Under the pieces are notes generated by a model. That model was not told the origin of the DNA, did not search any database, and was given only the letters and a program-made list of their open reading frames with translations. A DNA stretch of 64,000 nucleotides from Sphagnum compactum (Eukaryota). The stretch spans positions 16,978,213 through 17,042,212 of the forward strand of contig OZ234493.1 of assembly GCA_965153455.1 (NCBI GenBank), given 5' to 3'. Made by a program: the position numbers and the translations under genes. Positions 13,831 to 27,312 of the stretch are shown here, piece after piece. Numbering within the stretch: the stretch's first letter is position 1; each line of letters opens with the position of its first letter.

Positions 13831-15549
13831 AAAACAAAAAAATGAAATTTTATTTCCATTCAACGTTGTACAAAATTTGTGCCCATTTAAAACAAGAAAA
13901 TTATGGTTCAACACATGGATGTAGCAAGGAAGTTATTCCACATTATATAGAGTTACATAAGAAGAATCATTTTTTGAATCATAAAATGTGGGAATAAACT
14001 AGGTCAATGGGATCCAAACACATTTTCAAAGATTGAAGCTCAAACAATTCAAAGCACATTTGGAATGATTGCCTTGGGGTACCGTTAATGGCAAGGTGTT
14101 GGAAGTAGGACCTATGGTTAATTTTCACTACCTCCAATGCATTCCAAGGAAAGCTATTGCCTACAATTGTTACCCATGCCTTATTTACTCAATGAAAATG
14201 CCAAAGCATTGAAGGCATCAAATCAATAAGGTGAAAATGTGTTGCATAACAATAAAATCCAGGAGAGGACACTAAAAGAAAAAAAAACAAAATGTAACTG
14301 CATGTTTGAAAGATCACAAATGAAACATAATAGTTTGGATTGTCATAATTTTTTTTGGAATATTTTCTATTAATTGCAAAGTTTACATGCTCAAATTTTG
14401 ACACAAATAAAAAATCTTTTTGCATGTTCAAAACACTCAAACCTTGAAAGTGCACAATCTTTGTTTTTTCAAACATTTTTTTTAAAAAACAAATGTGCAC
14501 CATTCCTTTTGCAAATTAAAGAGGATTTTAACATTGATGATTAAAAGGGAAAAAAGATTTGAATTAATGCATTTTTTTTATATAACCAATTTGAGCACAT
14601 TTGACTCAAAAGTGTTTTTGACCCTAAAAATTATGGATTTTGAAAATGTGTTTTTAACAAAAGTTGTTCATGTTTATTTGATAGAGGGCATGAATGCATA
14701 ATATACATCATAAAAATCAATTTGTAATCAAAATATATTTATATTTAAAATACAATGTTAAAGGGCCCTACAACAAAAGTATGGTTTTTACATTACTAAC
14801 ATTATGACTAAAATGACTTTATAATCAATGTTTTTAGTTACAATGCTACTTGTCCAAATTTACTAATCATGTCTAATATGACTAACATAACATGTGAGCA
14901 TGTCCATTATGACTGAAAAAAATCATAATTTAGTCAACTTGAACAATAATCTAACCACATGTAGATGTGTTACCTACATGGAGTTGTCCAATTTGACTAA
15001 ACTGACTTAATGTGTTTGAAAGTGGTCATTTAAATTTGACTAAATCTAACTACATTACAATTTTTTGTTTATGTGGCAATATTTTAATTAGTCAATTTAA
15101 AAAAAAATTAAACTATGAAAATATGCATGTGAACATAGTACAACTATTTTGTGTTTTAATTATTATTATTTTTTATTGTATGTGAATAGAAATAGGGGGT
15201 GTAAATGGGAAAAACAACCAAAATTTACATGTGAACATATTAAGAAAATGAAAGATTAAATCTACAATTTTGTATGTATAATATGTAAAATAAATTTGAC
15301 AATTACAACCATGTTCATGAATAGTAGCCGAAATCTTATTGTTTATAATTATCAAAGTAAAAAAAAGAAAAAGAATGTAATTTAAACCATTTAATTCAAC
15401 CAAATTAAACACCACACCAGGGCTTAGCTACATGACATTTTGAACTTTGAATAACTATCCATGAAGGTCCAAGTTGCTTCAAACTTGAACATCTAAATGT
15501 TTTTACTTCCAAATTAAATTACATACAATGACCATCTTGTAGTGCTTTA

Positions 15550-18500
15550 CTAACCATCATTGTCACAACTTGTATTATCCTCTAATGTGTTGTCCATACC
15601 ATCATCTTCCTCCTCATCAGATGCATGATCAACAACCAAATCTATTGGTACAACAATAGAACCTCCTACAATTGTGGTAGGTTGAATTGATTCCTCAATA
15701 GAAACAAGAGCTTGTAGCCCTCTATAATCATCAATGTTGTTGAATCCAAACAAATTAAACTCTATAAGGTCAACTTAGATTGTTTTAGTTATTTGTCTCC
15801 CACAGGGGTATTTTTGTAGCACTACTTTCCACCCCCGTTCTAAAACTTGTTCGACATGTAAGGAGAAAACAAATGATTGATCGAAAATGGGAATAAAGGA
15901 AGAAAAATTTACAAATGTGAAGCCATACTCGTCTCGTTTGATTGTTGCACTCCTCCTAGTGTAATTTGCTTTCACCCAATTGCACAACAAAATAACTGTG
16001 TTAAGCACCCCGTAACTTAACTCTAGATTTTCTTCAACTTGGCCTCTAGATTCCATTTTTGCCAAAATTGGTCTTTGGTCATTTCAACCAGATATGCATT
16101 ATTGTTCAAAAGTTACCACTATGCCACAACCACTTGTTTTTAAATGTTCTTCGGCACTTGAAACACAAATGTGGTTGCGACAAGCATAAATGGATTGATA
16201 AGACATTGCTTCCAATGTTGGTGGCATGGACATGTGCACTGTGTCTTTGTCAATTATCTTTCCATTTTTTATAGCTGATGCAATGGAAGCCTTTATCCAC
16301 ATTACAAAGGCGGGCAATGGGGCAAGGTCATTTGGAAACACATGATTCCTCACTCATGACCAACCTTGAAGTAATAGAAATCTCTCCTTTTTTAAATTTT
16401 GAATCCTAGCTTCTATGGAATATTTCCTGCCAAAAAACCATAATACACATCAATTAGGCTTAATTTACAGCTATTCAAATTGTATGAAACTACTAGACAT
16501 TAGCTATCTAGTAGAAAAAATTGGAACTCCCTGGCATTCTACAATGTCAAACACAAAATGTTAACACAAGTTTTTAAAAACTATGCAACCTTATAATCCA
16601 ATCTTTAGTTTTTAAAAAAACATTATTCATGCCACAAAACCATTAATCCTACGTTTTGGAGCATAAAAGAATGGGCCATGTCCCAAAGGTTTGTAGTTAG
16701 AATTCATGGATGCCCACCACCTTCAAGCACTTCATCAAACATGGAAGGGGTTTTCTTTACAAGTCATTCCACACTCGATGTCTTATGGCTATAAAGTCCA
16801 CCAAATAATTCAATGCAAAATCCAAGTGCTTCTTCTAGTGCATATCTTTTTGCCATGCTACCTTCAGGTTTTGCTCTATTTCCCACATAAATGTTTCAAT
16901 GTCTTCAAGTATTGCTCCACAAGACACATCCATCATGTATGGATTGGTTCACATAATTCCAACTCCTCAACTAAATGAACCAGCAAATGTGTTATGATAT
17001 CAGAAAATGAAGGAGGGAATTTTCACTCTAGCAACACCAATGTCATTATAGCTTCATTTTTCACCTCCCCCATCGTGGCTAGATCCACAACCTTGGCACA
17101 TGGTTGTTTGAAAATCTGACACAATCAAATGATTGCCATTTTATACTCCTTAATCATAAGATGTTACATACACAAGGGCAAGATTTCTTGCATTAGAATG
17201 TGTTAGTCATGTGATTTCATGCCCTTCAAATCCACATCCTTGACCCTCTTCTTGAGTGAGGAGACATAATGTGTATGTGTCTTCAAATTCTCAATGATGT
17301 GGAGAAATCATTTTTTTTCCTCATCTATCAACACATATTTATGCTATTGGTTTAGTGGTCTTGCCTGCAACATCTTATAACCACAAATGTGAACAAATCC
17401 CACACTTTTTCAAGTCTTCCCAAATTGCTATTGTGTCCTTTGTGCCAAATATGGTTTTCAACACATTTTCACAAATATTTTTCTTCGCAATGCATCACAT
17501 CCAGTGTGTTGTGAATGAACAAACCTTGTACAATCATACTCCAACAATCATATTCCAATTCAAGAATCTAAACAATCCCAACTATAAAATAACAAGTTCA
17601 AGTTGCATCATGCATGGATGTGCAATTGATGTTTAAAAAAGTTATTATAAAAACCAAGAAATCAAAAATTGGGATTCAATGTTTTGGTTGAGGGAACTTA
17701 CTTCCCAATATGGGAGTTTAAACATGATGTTACGTCGCTTGATGCCATGTTTATGCACATGGTCCTCTTTTGCACTAGCTTTGATTTTGTAACATTGTAG
17801 CCATGCTTTGCATTCCTTGCCCCACTTTACAATATCTGATGAAATAATTCACATGGGAGCCATCATGTATTCTATTTTTCCATTGAAATCACTTCGAGCT
17901 TGCCGATAGGGATGAATCCTTGGCAAATAATGACGACTCCCACAAATTTATTCTTTTTCAATTTCTTGGAAGATTGTGATTTTTTAGTTGGGTCACAAGG
18001 TGAGCATCCCAAAAGACCTTTGGTAACACAACCTGTAAAAAGTCCATATGTTGGGAAGTCATGAATGCTCCATATGCACATATCCTTTAAATTGAACGTT
18101 GCGCCTTCTAATGAATCAAATGCCTTCACACCTTTCCACAACATTTGTAATTCTTCAATGAGAGGTTCCAAGTACATGTCCATTCTTGCAAATGTCACTA
18201 ATTCCTTGCCATGAATTATTAGGCCCAACATCAAAAAGTAGCGTTTTGTGATGAACCAAGGGGGTAGATTGTAGTTTAGTAGAATGACTGGCCATGTGGA
18301 GTGGTAAGAATTCAAATCTCCAAATGGGCTCACCCCATCTAATGCCAACCCTAATCTAATGTTGTGACTGTCAACAGAAAATTCCATCCACTTTTCAATT
18401 ATGTGTTTCCAACTCATGGAATTTGGCACACTTCAAACTAAGCCATCTATATTTGTTCCACTTTTGTGCCAAATCAAGAACTCCACCAATGTTTTGCACA

Positions 18501-19600
18501 CCTATACATTCACACCAATCATGGAATCAATGGGAAATGTTAAAGTACCTTCATGGGAATGCTTTGTGATCCATCCACAAATTGATTACTATTGCATTTT
18601 GGACACGCCTGCTCATGTGCCAAGGTGCCTTGGAAAAGTACACACCCATTTGGGCTTGCATGAATGGAATCATAAGATAAACCAAGTGCCTTGACCATCT
18701 TTAGAGGCTTCATAAGCGGTAGTTGGCATCTTGTTCCCATTTGGCAATAACTTTTTTGTAGTAATGAAAACAACTTGTCCATGAATGCATTGCTAACACC
18801 ACGCACTACTTTCAAATTTATTAATAGTAACATGGTTGACAACATGATAGTTGAAGCATTTTCATAACATGGGGTTGAAGCTTTTAGGATAATTTCTTCC
18901 ATTAAAACTTCTTGGTGTCCTTCATGACCAACTAAAAAATCTACATCTTATGTTGGATTTTCCATGTGCGATTGACTATCAGGTTGGTTTTGATCTTCAC
19001 ATCATTCATGCAAATTGTCAAATCTGAAAAAGGCTTCAACAATCATTTTATGAATTTGAACTTTTGGGTCTAGTGGTGGGTTTGGTGTTTTTTATGTGTG
19101 GTGTTGGGTCCATAGCCATCTTCCCTATACAAGGTGTGGTCCTTGGTGTAGGGTCATCAAATGCTCTCTGTCCAAAATCCAACTAGTGCACCAATGCCAA
19201 ATTAATAACACACTTTAATATAAAAGTAATTTGTTGTGAATCCTCACCAATAAAACAACAAATACAAATAGAACTAGGGAATCTAAATAGGATTTTGTTC
19301 AAAAATTTAAGCAATCCATACCACCATTGGCCATCGAAAAAATGGGTCTCATCCATTTAGTCTTAAATGTTTTTAAATTCTGCTACAAACTTGTTGTCTT
19401 CCACCATGTCAACATGTGCGTGGGCACTCATAAGATGTTAAACCTTGTTGGTGTGCCTTAAATTCTTCAACATCAAACAATTTCTAGGCATCGATATGTC
19501 ATTGCATATGTGTAGCTAGTATTTGTTTTTCCTTTGACATTGTGCATTATGACCTACCAAAAAAATTGGGACCATATGTTAATGACATTTTTTGATAGAT
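15550..19600 (-). pseudogene. CACTA/EnSpm TnpD-type transposase relic (Transposase_21 plus downstream DUF4218/DUF4216-like parts)
   Basis: ORF 17872-18429 contains NIRLGLALDGVSPFG...STWPVILLNYNLPPW...DMYLEPLIEELQMLW.GV...WSIHDFP.YG. ORF 18540-18902 contains YDSIHASPNGCVLF..CPKC. The region ~16700-17300 reads MKSHD*H and HLLVHLVEEL..CEP. ORF 15775-16065 contains ILELSY..LCNWVK..RDEYGFT. Confidence 0.85.
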
Positions 19601-21599
19601 AAACTTTTTTGCGTGCAAATTCATACTATGCATTGTTTGAAGGAATGTGGGTGTGTGAGATATGTATGAGTAAAAAACATTATAGACATGAATAGACAAT
19701 TAAAATAGAAAAGGGGAGGTCCCAATTTCATATTAATGACATCAAAATCCGACCACTTCATATGGTTGTCCATATACAATCATTTAGGATTAGAAAGGGC
19801 ATTATTTAGTTTAACCCATGAATAAATTCCTTAAAACTAAATCCAATGATTCTAATCCCCATAGTATTTAAGGTAAGGCATTAAACAAACATAAGATTGT
19901 CAATTCTTAATTACTAATTTCTAATACAAGCCATGAATATTTTGAATTTCTAAATTCATTTAAGACCCTTTGTCATCAAGCCATTAATCCCAATTTTGAC
20001 AAACCAGTTCATGCAATTCTAACCACCTCATACATGAATATAAATCAATAATAATTGCATATTGGTTATTTTTTACTAAAATTTATGTTGTTAATTTATA
20101 AATCCACATTGTAATATGATATTATTTATGTAGGATTAGAAAGGGCTATTACAAACAATGATAATACTATTCAATAAACTTGAAAAAAAACCCCGATACT
20201 GATTGTAACCATGCCCCTAATATTTGATGTAATCCAATAAACAAACATAACATTATCACACTTTACTTACTAATTCCTAATGCAAATAATGAATTTTAAA
20301 ATTTATATCAAAATTATATAACATGTAGTACATGGTTAAGGAGTATATAAATACGACTATAATATTAATTTGAACCATTTTACATTTATGGTGGCAAAAC
20401 ATTCAATCATTCAGTGGCAAAATATTTCTTGTGTGTATTTGTCCCAAGAGATATATTGCCACTATGTGATTGAATTTAGTCACCCTTAGTTGAGCACCTA
20501 CTCCCTAAAGGTCTACAATATACCATCTATAAGGGCAAATTATCCATGGAGACTTCAAAGAAGTTATGTCACATTGTACATTATGATAAAGGCAAAGAAG
20601 TTGTTGCATTATTGAGCATGGAAAATGCGATAACATTTTGACATGGGAAAAGGGGCATTGTATACATGTAGCATATACTATTTGTAATCAAGGTGATGGC
20701 GGGTGTGCAGCATGGTGATGGTGAACGCAAATTGCATCTAACAACAACAAAAGACCAAAATTGCATTCCACCTACAATTGATTATGAAGATGTTCATAGA
20801 CACACCATGAAAGAAAATGGAGAGAACATATAATCTATTTTCAGTGCAAACTAGAAGTAAATTGCATTTTGTCTTCACCGAATGTTTTGTTTTGGTTATA
20901 GATTGGCATTTCACCATGTAATTTAGGTTAAGTTGTCATCATTAGTTGGTGAGGTAGTTGGAAAAAGGTTTAGATGTCAAGCGAATTTAGTGGGTTAGTT
21001 TGGCATGCAACCAATGTAGTTCAAATTTTATTCTCCCTTTTTTTCGCTTTCATCTCGCTTTCTTACTCCCCAATGACCTTCTCTTTCATTCCCATGCTTA
21101 TCATTCAAGCTCACTCTCAATTTCCAACTTAATATTTTGTTGAATCTTTATTTCAAAATTTGTGCAAATTTCAAAGAATGTAAGTTTTGAATGTTTTTTT
21201 AGTATTGCAAAAATTAAAAAATTGCAAATAATGTAATATAGACAACATCATGACTTTGCAAGTTGCACCTTAGTGCTGGCGCAACAACTTCCAAACCTCA
21301 ACATAACATGTGACTAAGCAAGCTTGATGCATTTGTCTTCCATATTTTGTATTTTTTGGCAATTCTTGAAATCAAGGATGATGGAGGAGGATGGAAGGCC
21401 CCAAAATGCCAATTTTGGCAAGATTTGAATTTGACATTCTAGAATATTAGATTTCTCAATCTAACATTGGAAAAAAATAATCAATTTGGAATATGCCATT
21501 GCTTCACTTGCTTTTAGGTTTCACTTTTTGATAGCCTAGTGGTTAAGTTTTTTCCCTAATTGTATGTTTTTTTAGTGGATTGCCTACACAAGCAGGAAT

Positions 21600-23470
21600 T
21601 TGCTTCGCTTCAAATAAATGTTCCTTCGAATATCATGTGAACACATTTTGCTCAAGTGCCAGTCTAGGGGCAAGTGCTTGGTTATTAACTCATCCTACCA
21701 CAATTGCATTTCGATATCCTTGGCCCACTTTCTTACAACACTATGTACTTGTCTTGGCTTGCCACATCCTACAATTGCCCATCTTTCACGGTGTTAATGT
21801 GGTCATACCATTGATGATTTAGGTACCCATTTGCTTTGTTGCCCCTGTGAGAGTGAACGTATAGTAGCCCATGACACATTTCGGGATATTGTTGCAACTA
21901 TTACTTTGGAAAGTGGAGCACAAGTTTAATGAGAAGTCTCCCACCTTTTCCCTCACCACGATGAATGGATATCCTTATCACCGGAAACGATTTCCGGACT
22001 TTGATAGATGTTGTCATTGCTAACTTGATTCACACATATATGGTGTAACGAACATTGATGATCACAACACATGTTGCGATGATGGTTGCTTAAGAGAAAA
22101 CACATTCATATGTCGAGCGAACATTGGATGATGACTTCATTCCCCTTGCTATTGAGACATATGGGTGGTTTCATTCTCATTTTGGTTCATTTCTGATCAT
22201 TTGTGCACATACCACTATTGTGCATCAATAGTGGTCTTCTTTAATCCCCTTGATGCTCATTCCTTATTATTAATAATGTGTGTCCATAACCTTGCAACAT
22301 GCGTAAGCCATAATGATTTTTTAGTGGGTTGTTGCATTTAGACGAGGGTTTTCATCTATTCCACACATCATAGCTAGTGCACCTTTGACGCGCTTTCAAG
22401 CTCCTTGATAGATTCAAATATGAGTCTAGTTTGAAAACAGCGGAAGAATAAGGAGTTGGGGCACGCACCCTAGTTCGCAGCACTTTGGGGGTAGAGGGGC
22501 ATGCTGGAACTCCAGGATGAGACTAGGAAGAATTGACAAGCAATCAATCACTCACACGGATCTGCACAAACCAAACAACAAGTTGGTTAGTGCATAGTTA
22601 GAGCACTTTTGGTGCTAGGACAGACCACGGGCAACTTGGACTCACAAGCCTCATCACAGCCCAGACTTAGGGGAAGCCACCACCTTCCCCCATGTAGTAT
22701 ACTCTGTGCCTGGCCACGGGACCAGCACCCAAATGGTTTTTTGTCTTGGGATTCTGAAATTCCCACAACTAGGACTCCCGTGACTTTGGGAGCCCATAAC
22801 TTTATGTGTAAACCTCCGATTGAGATGAGGTCTAAAGCAAAGTTGTAACCCTTGTCGAGAGCTTTCCAACAATATGTCACACATGACCTGCACACAAGGA
22901 TATCAGGTCGCTTCCCGACTTTTAATGGTCGGGAGTCAAATTGCCAATTTGACTCCCGGCCCTTCTTGAGACCATAACTTGTGTTAGAAGTGTCCAAATG
23001 GGTCATGCAAGCCCATTTTAGACATCTAAGTTCCAAAATCTTTCCAATGATATGAAAAACTCTTCAATCCATTGGATTTTAACCCTTGTAATTGATTTAT
23101 GAAGATTCAGGAGTCCACCGGGACTCCAACTCCTAAGGTGGGAGTTCTTTTGGGAGTGTGAAGGGTCATTCCCTGACACTCTCCTACACTCCTGAAAGTT
23201 CTAAATGTGACTCCCGGGATTCCTCTTGGCTCGCACCTTTGCAAGCCTTTGCCTTGGTCGCGAGCCGAAGGCTAGGGTTGCAACAACTTTCGTCATTAGT
23301 CGATTTGTGGCAAAAGACAACTTTTTCAACTTAGGTCTTTTTTGTTATTGTCAATTGTCATTTCATAGCCATGGGTCCCATTTGCATAGGGTTTTTACCT
23401 TATTTTTATTGAATTTTTTTTTCTTTGGGTTGTGTCTATTTGTGCTTTCATTTGCCTTGTATTTTTGATG
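21600..23470 (+). mobile_element. 3' relic of a CRE-like non-LTR retrotransposon (CCHC knuckle plus restriction-like endonuclease), interrupted by a solo LTR
   Basis: Read across frameshifts: SLGASAWLLTHP..LCTCLGLP..C*CGHTIDDLGTHLLCC..ERIVAHDTFRD..MDILI..TLIDVVI..EKTHSY..DDFIPLAIETYG. This is the Zn-knuckle/RHD/PD..D/K..Y/FxPxxxETxG order of RLE-type LINEs. The sequence appears to continue after the LTR at 23291 into a T-rich tail. Confidence 0.7.
22386..23285 (-). mobile_element. Solo LTR (Gypsy family)
   Basis: TGACGCG...GGGTTGCAACA termini, homologous to the LTRs at 27313/33422. 5-bp flanks ACCTT/ACTTT match at 4/5. Confidence 0.9.
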
Positions 23471-23949
23471 GATGGGTTAATTACTATAATTATTATTTTT
23501 TCAAACTAACCATGTTGATTAGATGGGTTTTTTTTACTAAAGGACATTTATTCTTAACTAGAGGCCAAGGGCTTATATCAATGGGTATCTTTTGACTAAT
23601 CAATTTGATTAGAGTGACCGAATTGACAATTAATTAGATCAAACATCTAATAAAATTGGACTTAAAATACAACCTAGTCAAATTAATTAATGACATGGTG
23701 TCAATAAGACCACCCAATCTAGTCAAATTAACAAATGCTCTAGTCAATAAAGCCACCACAAATTATACTCAATTGATAGGGCTAATTAAATAGGCTTGGT
23801 CAAAATGGCCAATGGCTTAATAAAAAAATCAATTACAAATTCCAATATTAGTTGGGTATTTTGGGATTAGATGTAAGAGATTGATTACGTTTGACCATTA
23901 AAAAAAAAGTTGGAAAATGTAAAAGTTCACAAATCATAATTAAATAAAT

Positions 23950-25520
23950 CATGACCAAATTAGTTATGGTTAAGCTAATTATATATATGGTTTATGTAAC
24001 TATGGTTAAATTGATTATATTGAAATTAATTATAGTTTAACTACCTATGAAAAAACTAATTAAAATTAAAAATACCCATAACTAATTTAATCATGTTCAA
24101 TAACAAAGTTTGTTCAACCATAGTTTGTTTAATTGTATATGTTTTATCCATGGTTAGTTTAGTCATATTTAATGTAACCATGATTCATTTATCCATAATT
24201 AATTATTCCATCATTTTTTGGCCATATTTAATTTAATTATGGCTAGTTTAACCATAACTAATTTAGTAATTATAAATAGTTTACCCACGTTCAATTTAAC
24301 AATAGTTGGTTTAACCTTAGTAAATATAACCATGATAATTAATGTAACATAATTCATTTAACCATGGTTACTATAAACATAATTAAATTCACTATATTTA
24401 TTTTAAACATATGATTATTTAACCTAATAAATTTAACCTTTATTAATAAACCTTAATTAATTTAAAACTATTTTTAATTTAGCCATGGTTGGTTTTGCCA
24501 TAATTATTTAAACCATTTTGATTTTAGCCATAATTATTTCATTCGTGTTTATTTTAACCATAATTCATTTTTGCATAATTGGTTTTGCCATAAAATATTT
24601 ATTCATTAATTAGTTTAACCATATTAAATTTATTATATTAGTTTAACCATATTAAGTTTATTAAATTAATTTAGCCAAATTTATTACTTATGATTAGTTT
24701 AACCAATTTTAGTTTAACCATGGATAATTTTGTCATAATTATTTTTAACCATTTTGATCTTAGCCATAATTATTTCATTCATGTTTATTTTAGCCATAAT
24801 TCATTTTTGCATAACCGATTATGCCATAAAATAAATATTCATTCGTTAGTTTAGCCATATTAATTTTATTAGTGGTTAGTTTAGCCAAATTTATTTACTC
24901 ATAGTTAGTTAAACCATTTAAAATTTAACCATGGTTAATTTTGCCATAGTTAATTTAACCATCTTGATTTTAGCCATAATTACTTCATTCATCTTTATAT
25001 TAGCCATAAATAATTTATGCATGGTTTTTTTAACCATAAAATATTTATTCATGGGTTAATTTAGCCATATTAACTTTATTCATGGTTAGTTTAACTATTT
25101 CTAATTTAACCACGATTGGTTTAACCATCAAAAATCTATTCATTAATTAATTTGACCATATTTATTTTATTCATGGTTAGTTGAACCATTTTTAGTTTAG
25201 CCATAAAATATTTATTCATTAATTAGTTTAATAATTTTAAATTTAGCCATGGTTGGTTTTGCCATAATTATTTTACCCAAAATTAGTTTAATCATTATAT
25301 ATTTAAATCTCATATATTTAGATATGGTTAATTGACCATAATTAGTTTAGTCATGGTTATTTTTCCATAATTATTTTTAATTTTTGATTGGTTAGCCATT
25401 ATTAGTTTAATAATCATTAAATTTTCCATAATTACTTTAGTTGTGATTGGTTTAAGCATTATTATTTTACCAATCATTAATTTTGTCATAATTAAATTTT
25501 CCTAGGTTAAATTAGCCATC
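23950..25520. repeat. AT-rich ~15-bp minisatellite with ~210-235-bp higher-order blocks
   Basis: Monomers such as CCATAATTATTTTAG and CCATGGTTAGTTTAA recur about every 15 bp. Higher-order blocks start at ~24483, ~24718 and ~24929. Confidence 0.8.
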
Positions 25521-26469
25521 TATTTAGTTTATGTAATGTAAGTATGTGGCTAAATAGCCTAAATACAAATAGCTTATATGTAGTACCTATACTCCACCTA
25601 TTTATTTATACTTTAGCATATAAGTCACCTAGTTACATAGGCTAGGGTAGGTCATTTATATACCCATGATAAATCATTAGTTGATTTATTAGTTATTTAC
25701 CTAAAATACACTAATGAATGCGTAATTAAGTAGTTAAATATTAATTATTACAAATACATTATTGATAATATATAATGAATTAGGTCAAATTTGTAAAGAT
25801 TAGTTATAATTTTGTTGTATTTATCAATCAATAATATAGTACATTATAACTATCTTGATATTATATATAATTCAAAGATTTATATATGATTGTACTTATT
25901 AATTATAACTAAATAACTAGACATTAACTATTATTAATTTTTATTTTAACTTAATTAACATACATATTTACCTATTTATTTATTTTATTTATTTTATGTA
26001 GTTATTTAGAAATAATGTTGTGTGAATTAAAAGGCTTTATTGTTGTGTGGACATGAAAATGGTTTTCCTTTCCAAAAGTTTGTCCCATATTGTTTGTCAT
26101 CCTTTCCAAATGATGAGCAATATAAATAGAATGAACCATAAGCATTCAAGACATAAGAAATATTTAAAAAAAGGCCACTTGGGATGAACCAAAAGGCTTA
26201 ACCTTAAAGGCCAAATTCAAAATGAAATAGGATTTTCCTACCTAGGTCTTTTAGGTGTAGGCTCAATCTAAGTGGTGTACATTTAAACTTTGTAAAAAAT
26301 CATAGATTAGGTTGCCCTAACCTACTTTAGGCTTTTATACCTAGTCATTAGTTATAAGCTCCTAGATTTAAGCCTAGGAACTTAGGTTGTAGGTTCCTAA
26401 ACATAAGGACTTTAGGAGTAGGTATCTAATTTTAAGCTTAACCTAGGTTGTTTAGGTTCTATCCACGTG

Positions 26470-26605
26470 GCATAGCCTAGTGGTTAATGTTTAAATGCCA
26501 TGTGACATAACCCAGTGGTTAATGTTTAAATGCCACATGACATAACCGGATGACCAATGTTTAAATGCCACATGACATAACCTAAATGACCAATGTTTAA
26601 ATGTC
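26470..26605. repeat. ~35-bp tandem repeat, 4 copies
   Basis: CATAACC.AGTGGTTAATGTTTAAATGCCACATGA and variants repeated four times. Confidence 0.85.
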
Positions 26606-27312
26606 CAAAATGACTCAAAGGTTTTTTTTACGCTGATCCAAAATGGGTTTTTTTAAACCAAAATTTCTCGTAAAAAAACTTAGGAATTCTAGTAGTAACT
26701 TTCCCATCCTTGATTTTCATATATAAGGTTTTTCTTCAAACAAAAAAATTCCACTAAAACCATGAACTAGATCTATGTTGAACATGGTGAAAAGAGGTAA
26801 TGAACATATAAAGCCCATAATCCATTGTAGTCCTTCTACATTGTACTTGCGATGGCATAAACATTTGTGACCTTTTTCATAGTTTTGTAATCCAGATTTC
26901 ACATGTGAATGTTTAAGTTTGAATTTTGCAAAAGACATTTCAACTTTCATGTGATTCTCGTGTCCCTTCATTACTAATGCTTGTAATAGCTCTTCAAATT
27001 TCTTCGACTTTCTCTTTAGATTTTCACAATTTTATAGGCGATGAATTGGGTGCCTACGCAATAACATAGTCCTACTAACAAGCAATACAAACTACAAACA
27101 TACTTTGCATTCAACATTTTAGGGCGCTAGGGTTTTGGAGAGTTTCAAGGCAATTACAAAGGGATGACGTTGAGTTTGGAATTCTGACTGAAAAATGCAT
27201 AGGTGATCATGGTGGTGGGAGGGAGATTCGACTTCGGATGTTCCACAGGGAATGGATTTGGGTCCATTTCGGATGTTCGAAAAAGATTTACATTTGAGTC
27301 TATTTTGGATAT

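Noticed and set aside
26470-26605. CRISPR-like appearance of 35-bp repeats
   Set aside because: Units are directly tandem without unique spacers, no cas genes are present, and the context is eukaryotic.
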